A stretch of DNA of 63,914 nt from Octopus bimaculoides (lineage: Eukaryota): NCBI RefSeq assembly GCF_001194135.2, contig NC_068983.1, forward strand, positions 25,230,898 to 25,294,811, written 5' to 3'. Each line of letters starts with the position of its first letter. The first letter of the stretch is position 1. The notes beneath the pieces were generated by a model. That model saw only the letters and a program-made list of their open reading frames with translations. It was not told the DNA's origin and did not search any database. Below, one piece after another: positions 12,049-25,543 of the stretch. Both the position numbers and the translations under genes were made by a program.

Positions 12049-13549
12049 CGATGTGCTTCCACATCGAACCGAGGCATTTGCTTAAAGTATATCACATAAG
12101 ATTGAATCCGAAACCGTGAGGTTGCAAAACGTACTTCTTAACTTAATCTAAGGTTTATATCTAACCAGAGTTAACTTCAATTCATTATGGCAAATTTGCA
12201 CTCGTTTCACCAATCTGTAAGCGAACATGCTCTATCTAAGCTCAACAAATCTACTCTGTCAATGTACAATCGCGATCTCTATCTTTGCTCTAGCCTATGT
12301 CTTTCAATTTTTTAAACTTCTGTTAATTTCTTTCAACATAGAACGTCAAACGAAAAAAGGGGGAAAGATAAAAAAAAAAATGAAGAGAAAAACAGTGGTG
12401 TATGTAGAATTAGTGTAATAATGATTATTGTTCTATTAACATAACCTAATGCGTAATGATTCACAAATCTTCAGTCATATATGCATTAATAGGGTTGAAC
12501 TTAAACAATCACCCACACAAAATGCACCCAACTTACATATACAGGCGGATGTGCACAAATATAAATAATTATATGAGCCGGTGTATGTATGTTTGTTTGT
12601 GGTTGAGTAGACACGAGCAGAAGAAATTTCCTAGAATATCGAAGGTAGAATATAAATGATGATTTATTCATAAATTTACATAGAAAATAATGGTATATAT
12701 GTTAAAGATAAGAATGGTTATAATACATATAAACATATATACACTGAGACACATGCTTACATTCACGCACACACATTCTACACGATCTTATGCATAGAAA
12801 TACCCATACTCCATCCTATATGTTCACACAAATATATATGTATATATGTGTGTATACATATATAAATACGTACATATATATATATATGCACACAAATATA
12901 AGTATTATGTACTCGTATGTAAGTATGTATATGTATGTGTGTGTGTGTGTATGTATGCATCCTCTATATTCATATGCACAAGATGTGTACGTATAAAGAC
13001 ACATGTGCAAATAAATTTTATACTCACACAGTGAAGCCCAGACACGTCTAACAAAAAAGAATATCGTATATATTATACATATCTAATCACTCAAATGCTG
13101 CGCACAAACACACACGAACAAACCTACACACATACACACCCACCCACACAAATATATATGCTTCTTTCGTTTTCTTTATAAATTATTTATAGCAGAAGCT
13201 AGCAAATATGCCATCTCCAATTCTTCTTGGGAATGAGTTATCTTTTACCGTATGACTTTCAATCCCATTTCAAGAAATCTTAAGTTCAATATGCCTATAC
13301 AAATGCATACTTCCAACTTACATACAGTCAAACACAAACAAATGAAATACACACACTTACGCAGAGACACCCACACAGACACAGACACAAACACTTGTGT
13401 GTGTGTGTGTGTGTAAATATATAGAGAGACAAATATCTATATATCCGTGTCTCTCTACCTCTGTCTATCTCTCAGAATATACACACGCATACACATATAT
13501 ACATGCACATACATACACATACATACATACATACACACATGTACGTATG

Positions 13550-13707
<158 letters not shown>

Positions 13708-13850
13708 CAAACACCTATGTGCATATATGTGTGTGTAGCTTGACGCTGTTCATCATTTTTCTAGTCCTTTCCATCTCCCTTAGCATATTGGTCAATTACT
13801 TCGCTCCTTCCATTCTAACCTGCTTGTGAACAGAATGATTGTAATAACAA

Positions 13851-14345
13851 TTTCTTTACTGGCCACAAGGGCCTACACAAAAAGAAAAAGGACACTGCAC
13901 AAAATAAACAAGGCACAGAGGGGTTTAGACAATACGTGTAAATAGTAAATATACAAAACTAATTAACAATTGAGTTCAAACAATTATATTCTCCAATAGG
14001 GGAAATTCAAAAAGGTGGGTCCAAGGAAAGCCCACATACCATGGACACCTCGATCACACAGGGAAGCACCCCTCTTCTCTTCACCCTCCCCAGCCTACAT
14101 GCCCATACTTAGTAGCCCATTCACATGGTCTATCCTCGCCACATTCACCCACCTTTCACCATACTTACTGGGTGACAGCATCTCCCACTCTACCCTCATC
14201 TTCCTTTTCTGGTGGAACTTGAAGAAGTTAATGAGTCCTTGGCCGAAGAGCAAAGTGCCTATCTTCAGCCATTTCAAACGCGTCCACCACACCACTCCTT
14301 TCACCATAGGCACCAGACAGAGAAAAACTGCCTGACCTTCCGGCA
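13851..14345 (-). mobile_element. Tx1/L1-clade LINE, 5'-truncated 3' end (ORF2 C-terminus + 3' UTR)
   Basis: ORF 14095-14346: AVFLCLVPMVKGVVWWTRLKWLK...INFFKFHQKRKMRVEWEMLS...ERW. This is an L1/Tx1-type ORF2 C-terminus (W..R, F..RW). Homologous to 34500-35560. Confidence 0.75.
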
Positions 14346-14901
14346 TTAACGATATAAGAGTATATCTGAAGCTTTTGTGAATAACAATTGCCGAACTTAC
14401 CAGTCAGTGAGATCGAAGGCAACATTTTCTTCAGCCACACGTGAGAAATATTGCACCTATATATACATATATACATACATAATATGCTAAAATGATCCGT
14501 TGGAGCAGCATATATTTAGAATACTTGATGAAAAAGCTTTCAGTGATTGTTCATAATTTCATTATTTTCAGCTGTTATTTACATTAAAAAGAAACATCAT
14601 TATTATCATAATTATATAGTTAAGATACATAATTAATATAAATTAATTTAAATTAAATAAATTTTAAGCAATATTTATACGAAACTATCAGGAATATTAC
14701 GGGTTATGGTAATCATAGATCTAAATATTCCTAAAAACTTCGAATAAACGTAGCTTTAAATTCATTTAATTTAAAGTATAATATATTAATTATTTATTTA
14801 TCTTAATTACGCAATTACGAGATTAATGATGTTTACTTCCAATGAAATAACAGTGGAATGTAATTAAATTATGAGCTAGTTGTGAAATTTATGCTTTACT
14901 G

Positions 14902-14979
<78 letters not shown>

Positions 14980-15239
14980 TTATAAATGCTCATGTTTATT
15001 TATATATATACAGTCATGTATATAATAATGTAGTATATATTTTTGTATAGATTAGCTTGATTGTAATGTATATACATACATGTATTTCGGATAGCCTAAA
15101 CATTTTCTGATCTCAAAATCAGTTTAACAGCATCGGTTAGATATAATGTAGTCCATTAAATATTGACAGTCTTCTCTGAGATTCGTCCATGGATATTCAA
15201 GTTTTTGAAGAAGATCTGTGATAAGTATAAAAACTCCAA

Positions 15240-15445
15240 GCTAGCAGAATCTTGTACACCTGACAAAATGATTAGCGGCTTTCCCTCCGCCTTTACACGT
15301 TTAGAGTTCAAATTCCAGTAGAGTCGAGTTTATTTTTATCCTTTCGGGGGTCGATAAAAATAAGTACCAGCTGAGCACTGGGGTCGCTGTAATCGATTTA
15401 CTCTCTGCCTCAAAATCTCTAGCTGTGTGCAAAATTTGAAACCAG
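15240..15445 (+). mobile_element. tRNA-derived SINE (abundant family)
   Basis: A-box-like tagcagaatc, B box gagttcaaattcc, central atcctttcggggtcgataaaaataagtaccag. Confidence 0.8.
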
Positions 15446-15458
15446 TTTACAGACAGGA

Positions 15459-15640
15459 ATCTGGCAGAATAGTTAGTTTGCCGGACAAAATGCTAACCGA
15501 TATTTCGTCCGTCTTTACATTCTTAGTTTAAGTTCCATCAGGGTTGACTTTACTCTTCATCCTTTCGGGGTCGATAAAATAAGTACCCGCTGAGAACTGG
15601 TTCGTTTAAATTAACTTACTCCCCACCCCGAAATTACTCG
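15459..15640 (+). mobile_element. tRNA-derived SINE (abundant family), tandem to previous copy
   Basis: ctggcagaatagttag...tcatcctttcggggtcgataaaataagtacc. Confidence 0.75.
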
Positions 15641-16029
15641 CTTTATGGGTTGTTAAATGCAGCAGCGAATACTTTAGATTAAGTTAACTGATCCATGTTG
15701 CTGGAGCGATAGTAGGTGTTTATGCAACCTGGTTGGAGCAACTAGACGCGGGTATATGATATTAGATAACTTGAAATATCCGATAACTTCAGTTCATACC
15801 AATAATGATGCAATGCGTCACTTTTAGGAAGATATCTTACTCACACGTGTACACATTCACACACACATACACACGCAAACGCACACATATTCTACGCACA
15901 TACACACATACACACGCAGACTTTCTCGTCACCTCACTCTTTCTACATACATGCATGCATACATACATACAAACCATCTGTAATCATCCTGACTGTATAT
16001 TAGGGGCTGGTGTCAACTAATTCCCTCAC

Positions 16030-16255
16030 AGGAAAAGCAGTAAAATGTGACAACCGATGCAGACTTTGTGAAGCTAACATTAAGGATATCATCCACAGTT
16101 GTGCTTATGTCATCATGGTATTATCTACCAATATGACATGTTGTAGCTAGGAAACTATGTACCGAAAATCGATCGGAAGGATTAACCGCGGACGAAGAAA
16201 TAAGAAACCACAATAGGATTGAAGCCATAACCGCTCATAATAAAAAGGAATACGT
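16030..16255 (+). mobile_element. R4/Dong-like RLE fragment, same family as 1-452
   Basis: KCDNRCRLCEANIKDIIH...MSSWYYLP..HVVARKL...EIRNHNRIEAITAHNKKEY aligns with QCNNRCRLCGISIEDITR...MSLRYYLLMRHDVVANTL...EMKTHNEVEAITTHNMKEY. Confidence 0.75.
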
Positions 16256-16271
16256 ATGTATATAACTATAT

Positions 16272-16338
16272 GCATAGGATACGAACCCATATCTCTTTAT
16301 TCTCGCGACACGTGTGCTAACCATTTACACCAACGTAC
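16272..16338 (-). pseudogene. isolated tRNA-like / SINE-head relic
   Basis: rc: gtacgt-TGGTGTAAATGG-ttagcac...GGGTTCGTATCC-tatgca. A and B boxes at tRNA spacing, but no clean cloverleaf. Confidence 0.4.
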
Positions 16339-16493
16339 AACCTCGCAACCTCGCTTCTTATCGTCAGATTTAAGAACTATAATTAGTTCGTAGTCTTGTT
16401 TTTGTAAACGAACTTCATGGGTTTTTTTCTGCGATGGTTTTTTTTTTGTAAGCAGCATCGATTTTGACAATTCTGTAAATAATACTAATAATA

Positions 16494-17779
16494 TCAGGTC
16501 TTCCCATAAGTTCTGTCCGATTTTATCTTTTTTAAAATTGAATGAAATTTAATAGTATTTTAGAATGTCGAATGGAATTAAACATGATTTTTATGCATTT
16601 GTATACATTTAACCTAATTAAATATTATTTTACAGAATGATAGAATTAAAATTTCTTTGATTAAAACCCTTTCTAACATAGAAATACCCAAAGAGCATTT
16701 GATGCACATAATGCTTTATGAGTACAAAAAAGGAAACTCTGCAGCGGAAGTGACTCGAAACATACACTCAGTTTAAGGGAAAGAATGCTTGAATGAAAGA
16801 ACTTGTAGAAGATGGTTTGCAAAACTCAGAAGTGGAGATTTCAGCCTTGAAGATGGAGATCGAACAGGACATCCTGTTGAAGTTGATGATAAGCTCCTTG
16901 AGGCATTACTTGAAGAAAATCCTGCATTATCAGTTGAAGAATTGGCAATAAAGCTTAGTTCAAACCATACAATTGTCCATCGTCATCTTCAACAACTTGG
17001 AAAGGTTCCTAAACTTGGAAAATGGGTGCCTCATGAATTGTCAGAAAGCAACCGCAAATCCCGAGTTGACATCTGCTCTTCTCTCCATTCTCACGAACTC
17101 ATCTCACCCTTTTTGGATAGACCTGTGACTGGTGATGAAAAATAGATCTACTGTCGAAATGTTAAACGTTGTAAACTTTGGCTTAGTAAAAGGGAAAAAG
17201 CTCAACAGAACCAAGAATGGAACTTCATGGGAAGGAGGTTCTTCTCTCCATCTGGTGGGATTGCAAAGGAATAATTCACTTTGAATTGTTACCACCTAAT
17301 GCAACAATCAATGGTCAAGTCTACTGTCAGCAATTAGAGCGTTTGAACCAAGCTTTGAAGAAAAAAAGATCCGCTTTAGTTAATCGAAAAGGAGAGATCT
17401 TTCATCAGGACAATCCGCGACCCTACACTGCAAAAATCACATCATAGAAGATCGAAGAGCTTGGTTGGGAAAAATTTCTCATCCACCTTATTCCCCCGAC
17501 GTCGCTCCTTCAAACTACCATTTGTTTCGTAGTTTACAGAATCATTTGGAGGACATAACTTTCGCAAGCCAGGAGGAGGTCAAAACTGGCATTTCAGAGT
17601 TCTTCGCTTTGAAACCAAAAGAGTTTTACATTAATGGGATTAAAAAGCTTGTAAATAGATGGAAGGAAGTCACAGATAATCAGGGAAAGTACATTGATGA
17701 TTAAATTTCAATTAAATATAACATTTGATCACTTGATTTCTTTATTCAAAATTCGTACAGAACTTATGGGATGACCTGA
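16494..17779 (+). mobile_element. full-length (1286 bp) DD34D mariner transposon, inactivated
   Basis: TIRs tcaggtcttcccataagttctgtccgatttt and rc tcaggtcatcccataagttctgtacgaatttt; TA on both sides. Transposase about 16677-17704 with WVPHEL, VTGDEK, HQDN and YSPDVAPSNYHLF. 34 residues lie between the second D and the third position, which is mutated to N. Start codon lost; stops and frameshifts. Confidence 0.95.
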
Positions 17780-19634
17780 TAGTATTTTATAAGCTTAAAA
17801 CTTATAAGCGATCACCGTGCAATGACTAAAGAACATAATCTAATAAGGGTCATATAGGCCCTGAAAAACTTACTTTTTTCCCTCAAGAGCTTATTTCCCT
17901 TAAAGGTAAGCTCACAATTATATAGTAAGTTATTCTCCCTAATCGTTATTTTTTGGCATTAGTTTGAAATTGTATATTCTAACTCTTTTTCAAGTTCATT
18001 ATCGAAACTTGTATGTTTCCGCGAAATACATTCCGCTATTCATTTGTTTTAAATTATAGGACCTGGTGTATTATCAAAGGAGAGCGACATGTCTATATGC
18101 CAAATAAAAGAATTCATAAAACATACACTTATAATTACGAATTAAAATAAGGCGTTCTTTCAAAGTGAACTGCATTATCTGAGTCTAAAACCATCTCGAA
18201 ATTTTTGTGGATTAATGGTTTGTTTTAGAGGAAAAGATTTATGAAATTTAGGACTGGATTCTACATCTCCAATGACAGATGTATGCAATGTTATTATCTA
18301 ATATATTTTTAAAATTCTTCATTATGCATATTGCAGATAACTGAAGAAATAGTATAGAGTCAAGCGAATCTATTTCCGTCAACGAGTTACATAATTCTCA
18401 ATGCCCCACTGCGGCTCTTTATGAAGAATTATTATAGTTACAGATTTGGAGCAAGCCACTATATGATGCAGAAGCTTAACTGCTCAAATGTTATTTCTAT
18501 GGGGTCGATGAATATCAATGTAATACCGAGACGAAGTAATCGACTATTTAAAAAAAAAAATTAACTGTAAAGTCATTTATGGTTAGAAATAGACACGTAT
18601 ATTGACTTTGTTTAAGCTCAAAGTAAATTTTGGAAAGTAATTGAATGTAGCTAGCTTGTTATTCTTCTTTAGTCCCACAAAAGCTGTTATCGAGCTGACA
18701 TATGATCGAAGACTTTCCAACAATCAACAATCCTGTAATTTTTAGATGCACATCTATACACACGCACATATATTTATATGTGCGTGTGTGTGTATACATA
18801 TACATGTATATGTATATATATATATGTATANNNNNNNNNNNNNNNNNNNNNNNNNNNNNNNNNNNNNNNNNNNNNNNNNNNNNNNNNNNNNNNNNNNNNN
18901 NNNNNNNNNNNNNNNNNNNNNNNNNNNNNNNNNNNNNNNNNNNNNNNNNNNNNNNNNNNNNNNNNNNNNNNNNNNNNNNNNNNNNNNNNNNNNNNNNNNN
19001 NNNNNNNNNNNNNNNNNNNNNNNNNNNNNNNNNNNNNNNNNNNNNNNNNNNNNNNNNNNNNNNNNNNNNNNNNNNNNNNNNNNNNNNNNNNNNNNNNNNN
19101 NNNNNNNNNNNNNNNNNNNNNNNNNNNNNNNNNNNNNNNNNNNNNNNNNNNNNNNNNNNNNNNNNNNNNNNNNNNNNNNNNNNNNNNNNNNNNNNNNNNN
19201 NNNNNNNNNNNNNNNNNNNNNNNNNNNNNNNNNNNNNNNNNNNNNNNNNNNNNNNNNNNNNNNNNNNNNNNNNNNNNNNNNNNNNNNNNNNNNNNNNNNN
19301 NNNNNNNNNNNNNNNNNNNNNNNNNNNNNNNNNNNNNNNNNNNNNNNNNNNNNNNNNNNNNNNNNNNNNNNNNNNNNNTATATATATATATATATATATA
19401 TATGTAGGTATGTACGTATATGTATGTATATACGCATATATTTATAAATTATTTATATTATTATATGATGGAACGCTACGCATCCTTTTCCAAGTAATTG
19501 TTATCTTAATAATTACGATGCGCACACTTATTCTATCTCTTATCTGTCTATCTATTTCCCTCTCTTGTAATTCTTCCTTTCTGTTTTTCTCTCCCATCCT
19601 TTCCCTATTCTTCTCCTTTCCCCTTCACCGTTCC

Positions 19635-19695
<61 letters not shown>

Positions 19696-19716
19696 ACTCT
19701 TCCTCTTTGACGGTCT

Positions 19717-19811
19717 CGACAAACTAAATTGTTTTAATGTTGACAAACTAAAATGTTTCACTGTTGACAAATTAAAATGTTTCAATGTTGATAAATTAGC
19801 ATGTTCTAAAC
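19717..19811 (+). repeat. 24-bp minisatellite, about 4 units
   Basis: cgacaaactaaattgttttaatgt / tgacaaactaaaatgtttcactgt / tgacaaattaaaatgtttcaatgt / tgataaattagcatgttctaaac; follows (CT)n at 19636-19690. Confidence 0.85.
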
Positions 19812-20242
19812 AGAAGGTGCAAGTTTGAATATTGATAGCAGTCAATAAAATTAAAACTGCATACCAATTTGTTTGAATGTATAGAGTTCATTAATTTCAG
19901 TGGTCGTCGACAAGTCATACTGAAAAAAAAAACAAGTGCGAAATGAAAGTTAAAACAACAAAAAAAAAACGGGAATGTGTTTTACAGTTTCTCTGATCCT
20001 CTTCTAATAGACGCTTTTGCTTGTAGTGGTATGTTTTGGGATCAGCTGAATTTATAATTTTTTTTTTCAGCGAGCGGATCTGATTTTAAATTCGTTAAAA
20101 ATCTGGTGACGTTTTTTTATTCCGTGGTCAAGCTTGTCGTTCTGCTTCGTTGGTTTCCTTGTGGATACAGTCGATTGATCGACTATCCCCCTCGCCGAAA
20201 ATTTTCTGGCCTTGTGCGTATTGTAGAAAGGATTGTTGTTGC

Positions 20243-20320
<78 letters not shown>

Positions 20321-20321
<1 letters not shown>

Positions 20322-20868
20322 GTGTGAGAGCAGCGCATGCCATCAAAGTATCACTGGGGTACAAGTATATGAAGCCCAATATAGCCATCATGACTATCCG
20401 TCTGATAAGAGTACACGAGGTACATGCATCACAACCATATGTGCACGGCATGATCATCTCATATCAAAATAAACAGCGCATGACCTCGCAGGTGGAGCTC
20501 AGTTAGAATTTTTTCATATCCAGTAGTCCACCTCACTCAAGAGGTCCCTGAATAAGGTTTGTTTTCAAGATGATGAACAAAACGCCCATCTTTCCAGAGG
20601 TGAATTATCCAAAACCCAAAGAATTCCTGTCAACACATGGCTAATATGCTCCTACTGCTCATGATTAGAGATGCACATATTGTCATCACTAGTGGACATG
20701 TTCAAGTGGTTAAGGTCAAACAACTGACAAACAAATCTGTGGTATTGAGCAGAATATTTGGTGTAGCTCATCTTTTATATCAAGACAAAACAATGTACAT
20801 GATAATACTTCCAGTCAGTTAAGATGAGAAGCCATGAAAGTCAGTGGCTGGTACTGCAATTAGGACAC
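20321..20868. mobile_element. unclassified about 550-bp interspersed repeat between (TTA)n tracts
   Basis: Second, opposite-strand partial copy at 61798-62142. No convincing ORF. Starts TG and ends near CA. Confidence 0.7.
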
Positions 20869-20933
<65 letters not shown>

Positions 20934-21085
20934 TTATGTTTGAATTTTGTTTTGCATTAATACAAGTTGGATCCAAGTCTCACCCAGAGACCTCAAGAGA
21001 CAACAAGTTAGAAGTTCATGTAGGTGTTATGCCTACGGTACCATATAGAGAATGTTTAAGAAACCATAAGAAAATTATGTATTTG

Positions 21086-21090
<5 letters not shown>
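20934..21090 (-). mobile_element. short 3' end of a retroelement, probably R4/Dong-like, embedded in (TAA)n
   Basis: rc aattttcttatggtttcttaaacattctc...ggtaccgtaggcataacacctacatgaacttct...tgaggtctctgggtgagacttg...aaaataataat matches 63804-63914. Repeat tract on both sides. Confidence 0.55.
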
Positions 21091-21156
<66 letters not shown>

Positions 21157-21793
21157 NNNNNNNNNNNNNNNNNNNNNNNNNNNNNNNNNNNNNNNNNNNN
21201 NNNNNNNNNNNNNNNNNNNNNNNNNNNNNNNNNNNNNNNNNNNNNNNNNNNNNNNNNNNNNNNNNNNNNNNNNNNNNNNNNNNNNNNNNNNNNNNNNNNN
21301 NNNNNNNNNNNNNNNNNNNNNNNNNNNNNNNNNNNNNNNNNNNNNNNNNNNNNNNNNNNNNNNNNNNNNNNNNNNNNNNNNNNNNNNNNNNNNNNNNNNN
21401 NNNNNNNNNNNNNNNNNNNNNNNNNNNNNNNNNNNNNNNNNNNNNNNNNNNNNNNNNNNNNNNNNNNNNNNNNNNNNNNNNNNNNNNNNNNNNNNNNNNN
21501 NNNNNNNNNNNNNNNNNNNNNNNNNNNNNNNNNNNNNNNNNNNNNNNNNNNNNNNNNNNNNNNNNNNNNNNNNNNNNNNNNNNNNNNNNNNNNNNNNNNN
21601 NNNNNNNNNNNNNNNNNNNNNNNNNNNNNNNNNNNNNNNNNNNNNNNNNNNNNNNNNNNNNNNNNNNNNNNNNNNNNNNNNNNNNNNNNNNNNNNNNNNN
21701 NNNNNNNNNNNNNNNNNNNNNNNNNNNNNNNNNNNNNNNNNNNNNNNNNNNNNNNNNNNNNNNNNNNNNNNNNNNNNNNNNNNNNNNNNNNNN

Positions 21794-21830
<37 letters not shown>

Positions 21831-23165
21831 ACATCAGCTTTTCATTGTCCAATGTATCATCCTGTACATAGAACGCAAATGATTCCAGGGATTTGACTGC
21901 TAGTTCTCGCAGGTTGAGCAACCTCATACAAGTTATATCTTTCGCTCAAATAAATTCATGTACATATTACTAGATAAATTCCTTGGAAATGTGAATGGCG
22001 AACCAATATTGGCTTCTTTATTTACTGTAAGACACTAATAATTTTAATGCATTTCTGTCTGATGTATTTAAAAAAATTTCTTCAGTCTAAAATACCACAA
22101 AGTAACTATCTTCTAATGAGTTAATAATCTTGAGTTCAATCAAAATCGTGTAACTATATATTCACTCAAGAAAGTCATTTGCGTATCTTTATGCATGCGT
22201 AAATATGTAAATTTTGTGCGTCTGTGTAAACAACGTGTATTGCAATACATCTGTCAACTTTCTGAATATAACACGTGTTTACATCCTCCTTTCCTTATGA
22301 GATACTCTGAATATATTTGATAAATATAACATCGACAATTTATACAGAGAACTATTTATATCTCATATTTTTATTTATATTCTGGTCAATATAATTACGA
22401 AAATAGAGAATACAAAAAAAGAACTGTTAATGAACCTAAACCATATATAATTCATATCTATCTTGACAAAAAGCGATATCAATCTCTAGTTTTCGATCTT
22501 TATTTCTTCATTGAAGACAGTGAACTATTCTTGTTAGTCAGTCTTCATAAAGTGAAACCGCAAAGAGCAGGTACCTATTATCGTTGCCTATTAACATTGA
22601 CAGTTCACATTAGTGGTTAGGTTATTTCTGAACTAGTCTGTGACAAGAGGTCAGCCCATGTCATAAGATCACTAAAGAAAAATCAGAGACCGATTCTTTT
22701 TTTCCGATAGCATCATTCAAACTGATGTCCGAAACCATTTTTACACTGGAACATTTGTACGATTATATATGTATTTTCCAACCTACACTATCACAGAATC
22801 ATCATACTCTTTCTCATCAGTAAGTACTAATTTTTATATATCGAATTTCTACAGTAACACACATAGAAGTATGTATTCTAATGCTAGAACTGGGATTATT
22901 ATACAACATTAAAGCAGTTATTTGGTGACTTTAGTTACTTCTATAACACTAAGCTTTTATAAAAAAAAAAAAGACAAACTTCCGAGAGCGAAGAAAAAGC
23001 AAAATGCTTGAATGCCTCTATAACTGTCTTGCAATAATTTGTAAGTTCCCGTTAGGTTCAGAGTTCAAATCATACCTTTCTCATGAAGACCAATATAGTA
23101 TGTTTTGTACCAGATCAATTAACTCAACAGTAATTTCGTTTTTCAAATTTCTGACCCTAATTCAA

Positions 23166-23232
23166 TGTAAGAACTGTCTTTTTACTATGAAAAAACTGTC
23201 GTTTTACTATGTAAGAACTGTCATTTTACTTC
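23166..23232 (+). repeat. about 22-bp tandem repeat, 3 units
   Basis: atgtaagaactgtctttttact / atgaaaaaactgtcgttttact / atgtaagaactgtcattttact. Confidence 0.8.
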
Positions 23233-25393
23233 AATTATGTTATGTAACCCGCGATATTACTACAACTGGAATTCTGTAGATAATCAGAATCTGTAGAGCG
23301 AGGGGCAAATCATCTTGAGATATATAGTCGCATCCATTTATTTTTTAGTTCAAAATACGTCAAGACCAAAAGAGCCTCACAGAGTCATGTACATGTGGCA
23401 TTGCGTTCATATAAGTGCATGATATTAGTAGCACCACCTCTACTTTACCCTTCCAGTAAATGGATATTCGTCGGTTTCACTGATGGCGATTAACTGAACG
23501 TTGAATTAGCGAGCTGAGTATTCGGCAGCCACATCTACGATTAAATGTAAATTTTAGGAGGAATCAGTGGGACACAGTATGTGACAAGGTAGTATTTTAA
23601 AGTGTAGACATAACTCATCGAACATGCTCCTGCACAGTTTCCGTCAGCCACATTTCATTCACAGGCTTCAATCAATCAAAGACATAGTAAAGGATACCTA
23701 CCATAGATGTGTTGCGGGATGGAACTGGAAATCTAATGATTACGAAGAAAACTATCATTCGACGCTGCTGCATCGAATTGCTCATTTATACTCTTGATTT
23801 ACTAGTATTATTACTAAACAGAACAATCTTCACCTCCAGTTTTATTCTGACAGTGATTATTTGTGAATGCATCGGCTAGTTTGCATCTGTTGATATTTCT
23901 AAATTTAGTAATACAGCTTTTATACTTACCGACTTAGTATATATCTCTATTACATTTACAATATAGGCGCCGTAAAGGAGATATATTTGAAGCAGCTGTA
24001 ATTGTCTATCTACAATGTAGGAAATTTCTGCTTAACCAAGTGGAATGATCCCAAACCAATGTAATCACATAGCCATTGTCTGTATTCTTAAAATGTGACC
24101 ATAATCTAACAAAAAGTTTGTTTATTTATTTAGTGTTAGATCTATCGTCCAAAACATTTCAAGACGTTTACAACCAACAGTGGATTACCTCCATTATTAT
24201 GCCGTTGAAAATTTTTTTATGCTGTACGTAGGAACACACATGCTCGTGTGGTACAGGAGTTCGTTCTTATTCACGTGATTTCACTTTCGATATCATTGCG
24301 TAGCAGTTGGTAAAGTACTCTTTACCGTTATATTCTGTCAACTCAAGCTATGTGAAAGAAAGTAGCTGGTAATCGTTGTTATTTCCTCCATTTCACCTCT
24401 TGTCACTGATTCCTAGCAGAGTTCAAGGGAACCACCCTATCTCAATAAACGAGGAAAATATTTGCTCCTCCTAGCATATTTTATCCGAAGTCTCCCATTT
24501 ACATTTCCTGTTCAAAATACTGTTTCGATGTATTGTCTGCTTTCTTTTTCTTTGGACATTTCAGATTTCGTTTCGGAACGCATTTGGGCATATAACCCCG
24601 TCTCCACTTTTAATATTTCCTGGTCTATGCTCTATATTCATAACCAGAATAGTGACGTTCGGTTTCATTTGTCCCGAAAGCGGACGTGATAACATAATAT
24701 TCTTGTTTCTTTTGTAATATTTTACTTTACATTTTGTAAATTATCGTTCCTGTTGCTGACGTCAGCGTTCTGGTTAGCCTCAGTGCTATTGTTGATAGTA
24801 CATTTTTTGTAGTGTTTCTTCGACCGTGTATATATTTTGCTAGGTTATGATATTAATATGTATTTACTAATTACAGTGTTATTCGCTTTTAAAAAGGCTA
24901 CCATTTCTCTTTCGCTACTATCTCTGTAACTACCATCTCTGCAGGAAATATTACCCACTTTTGTCAGTGTATAACAATATTGAATACTTAATTCTGCCAA
25001 GATAGCAGTAGCAAATATCAGTTCGTACATAGAAAACAATTCTTTCCTTAAAATGGAAAAAAAGTTACAATAATTAATAACAGTTAATACATTGCATTCC
25101 TTTATTTAATGGCAATAAAGCACAGACATATCTCATTTTCGTCCGAAAAACAATTAGCAAATCTAACAAAATCGACTGTATCATATATCTTAATACGATA
25201 AATTCCTAGAGTATTAATTATTTTTGATATTATTAAAGAAATAATATTAATAGAAATGTACAGAAATTATTCAAATATAAATGAAAGAAATTTAAAAGAA
25301 AGCAAAAGCAAAAATTAGGCTTGTAATTTATGTGAATTCGAGCTTCATTTTGCAGACAAAAACCCATTAAAACGAGAGATGCTGCTGCTACTG

Positions 25394-25464
<71 letters not shown>

Positions 25465-25474
25465 NNNNNNNNNN

Positions 25475-25543
<69 letters not shown>

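Noticed and set aside
14670-14700. cgaaactatcaggaatatt, and a similar half-motif near 11975-12005, as hammerheads
   Set aside because: Only the GAAAC half is present, with no CUGANGA core at a pairable distance.
21830-21927. MRLLNLRELAVKSLESFAFYVQDD... as an exon
   Set aside because: Short, runs into (TA)n and a gap, lacks splice consensus and resembles a common repeat fragment.
23895-24070. Minus-strand segment with good acceptor (tttttgttAG) and donor (GTAAGT)
   Set aside because: All three frames contain stops; no other support.
24740-25039. Minus ORF 24845-25039 with in-frame continuation after a stop
   Set aside because: No recognisable motif or reliable splice pattern.
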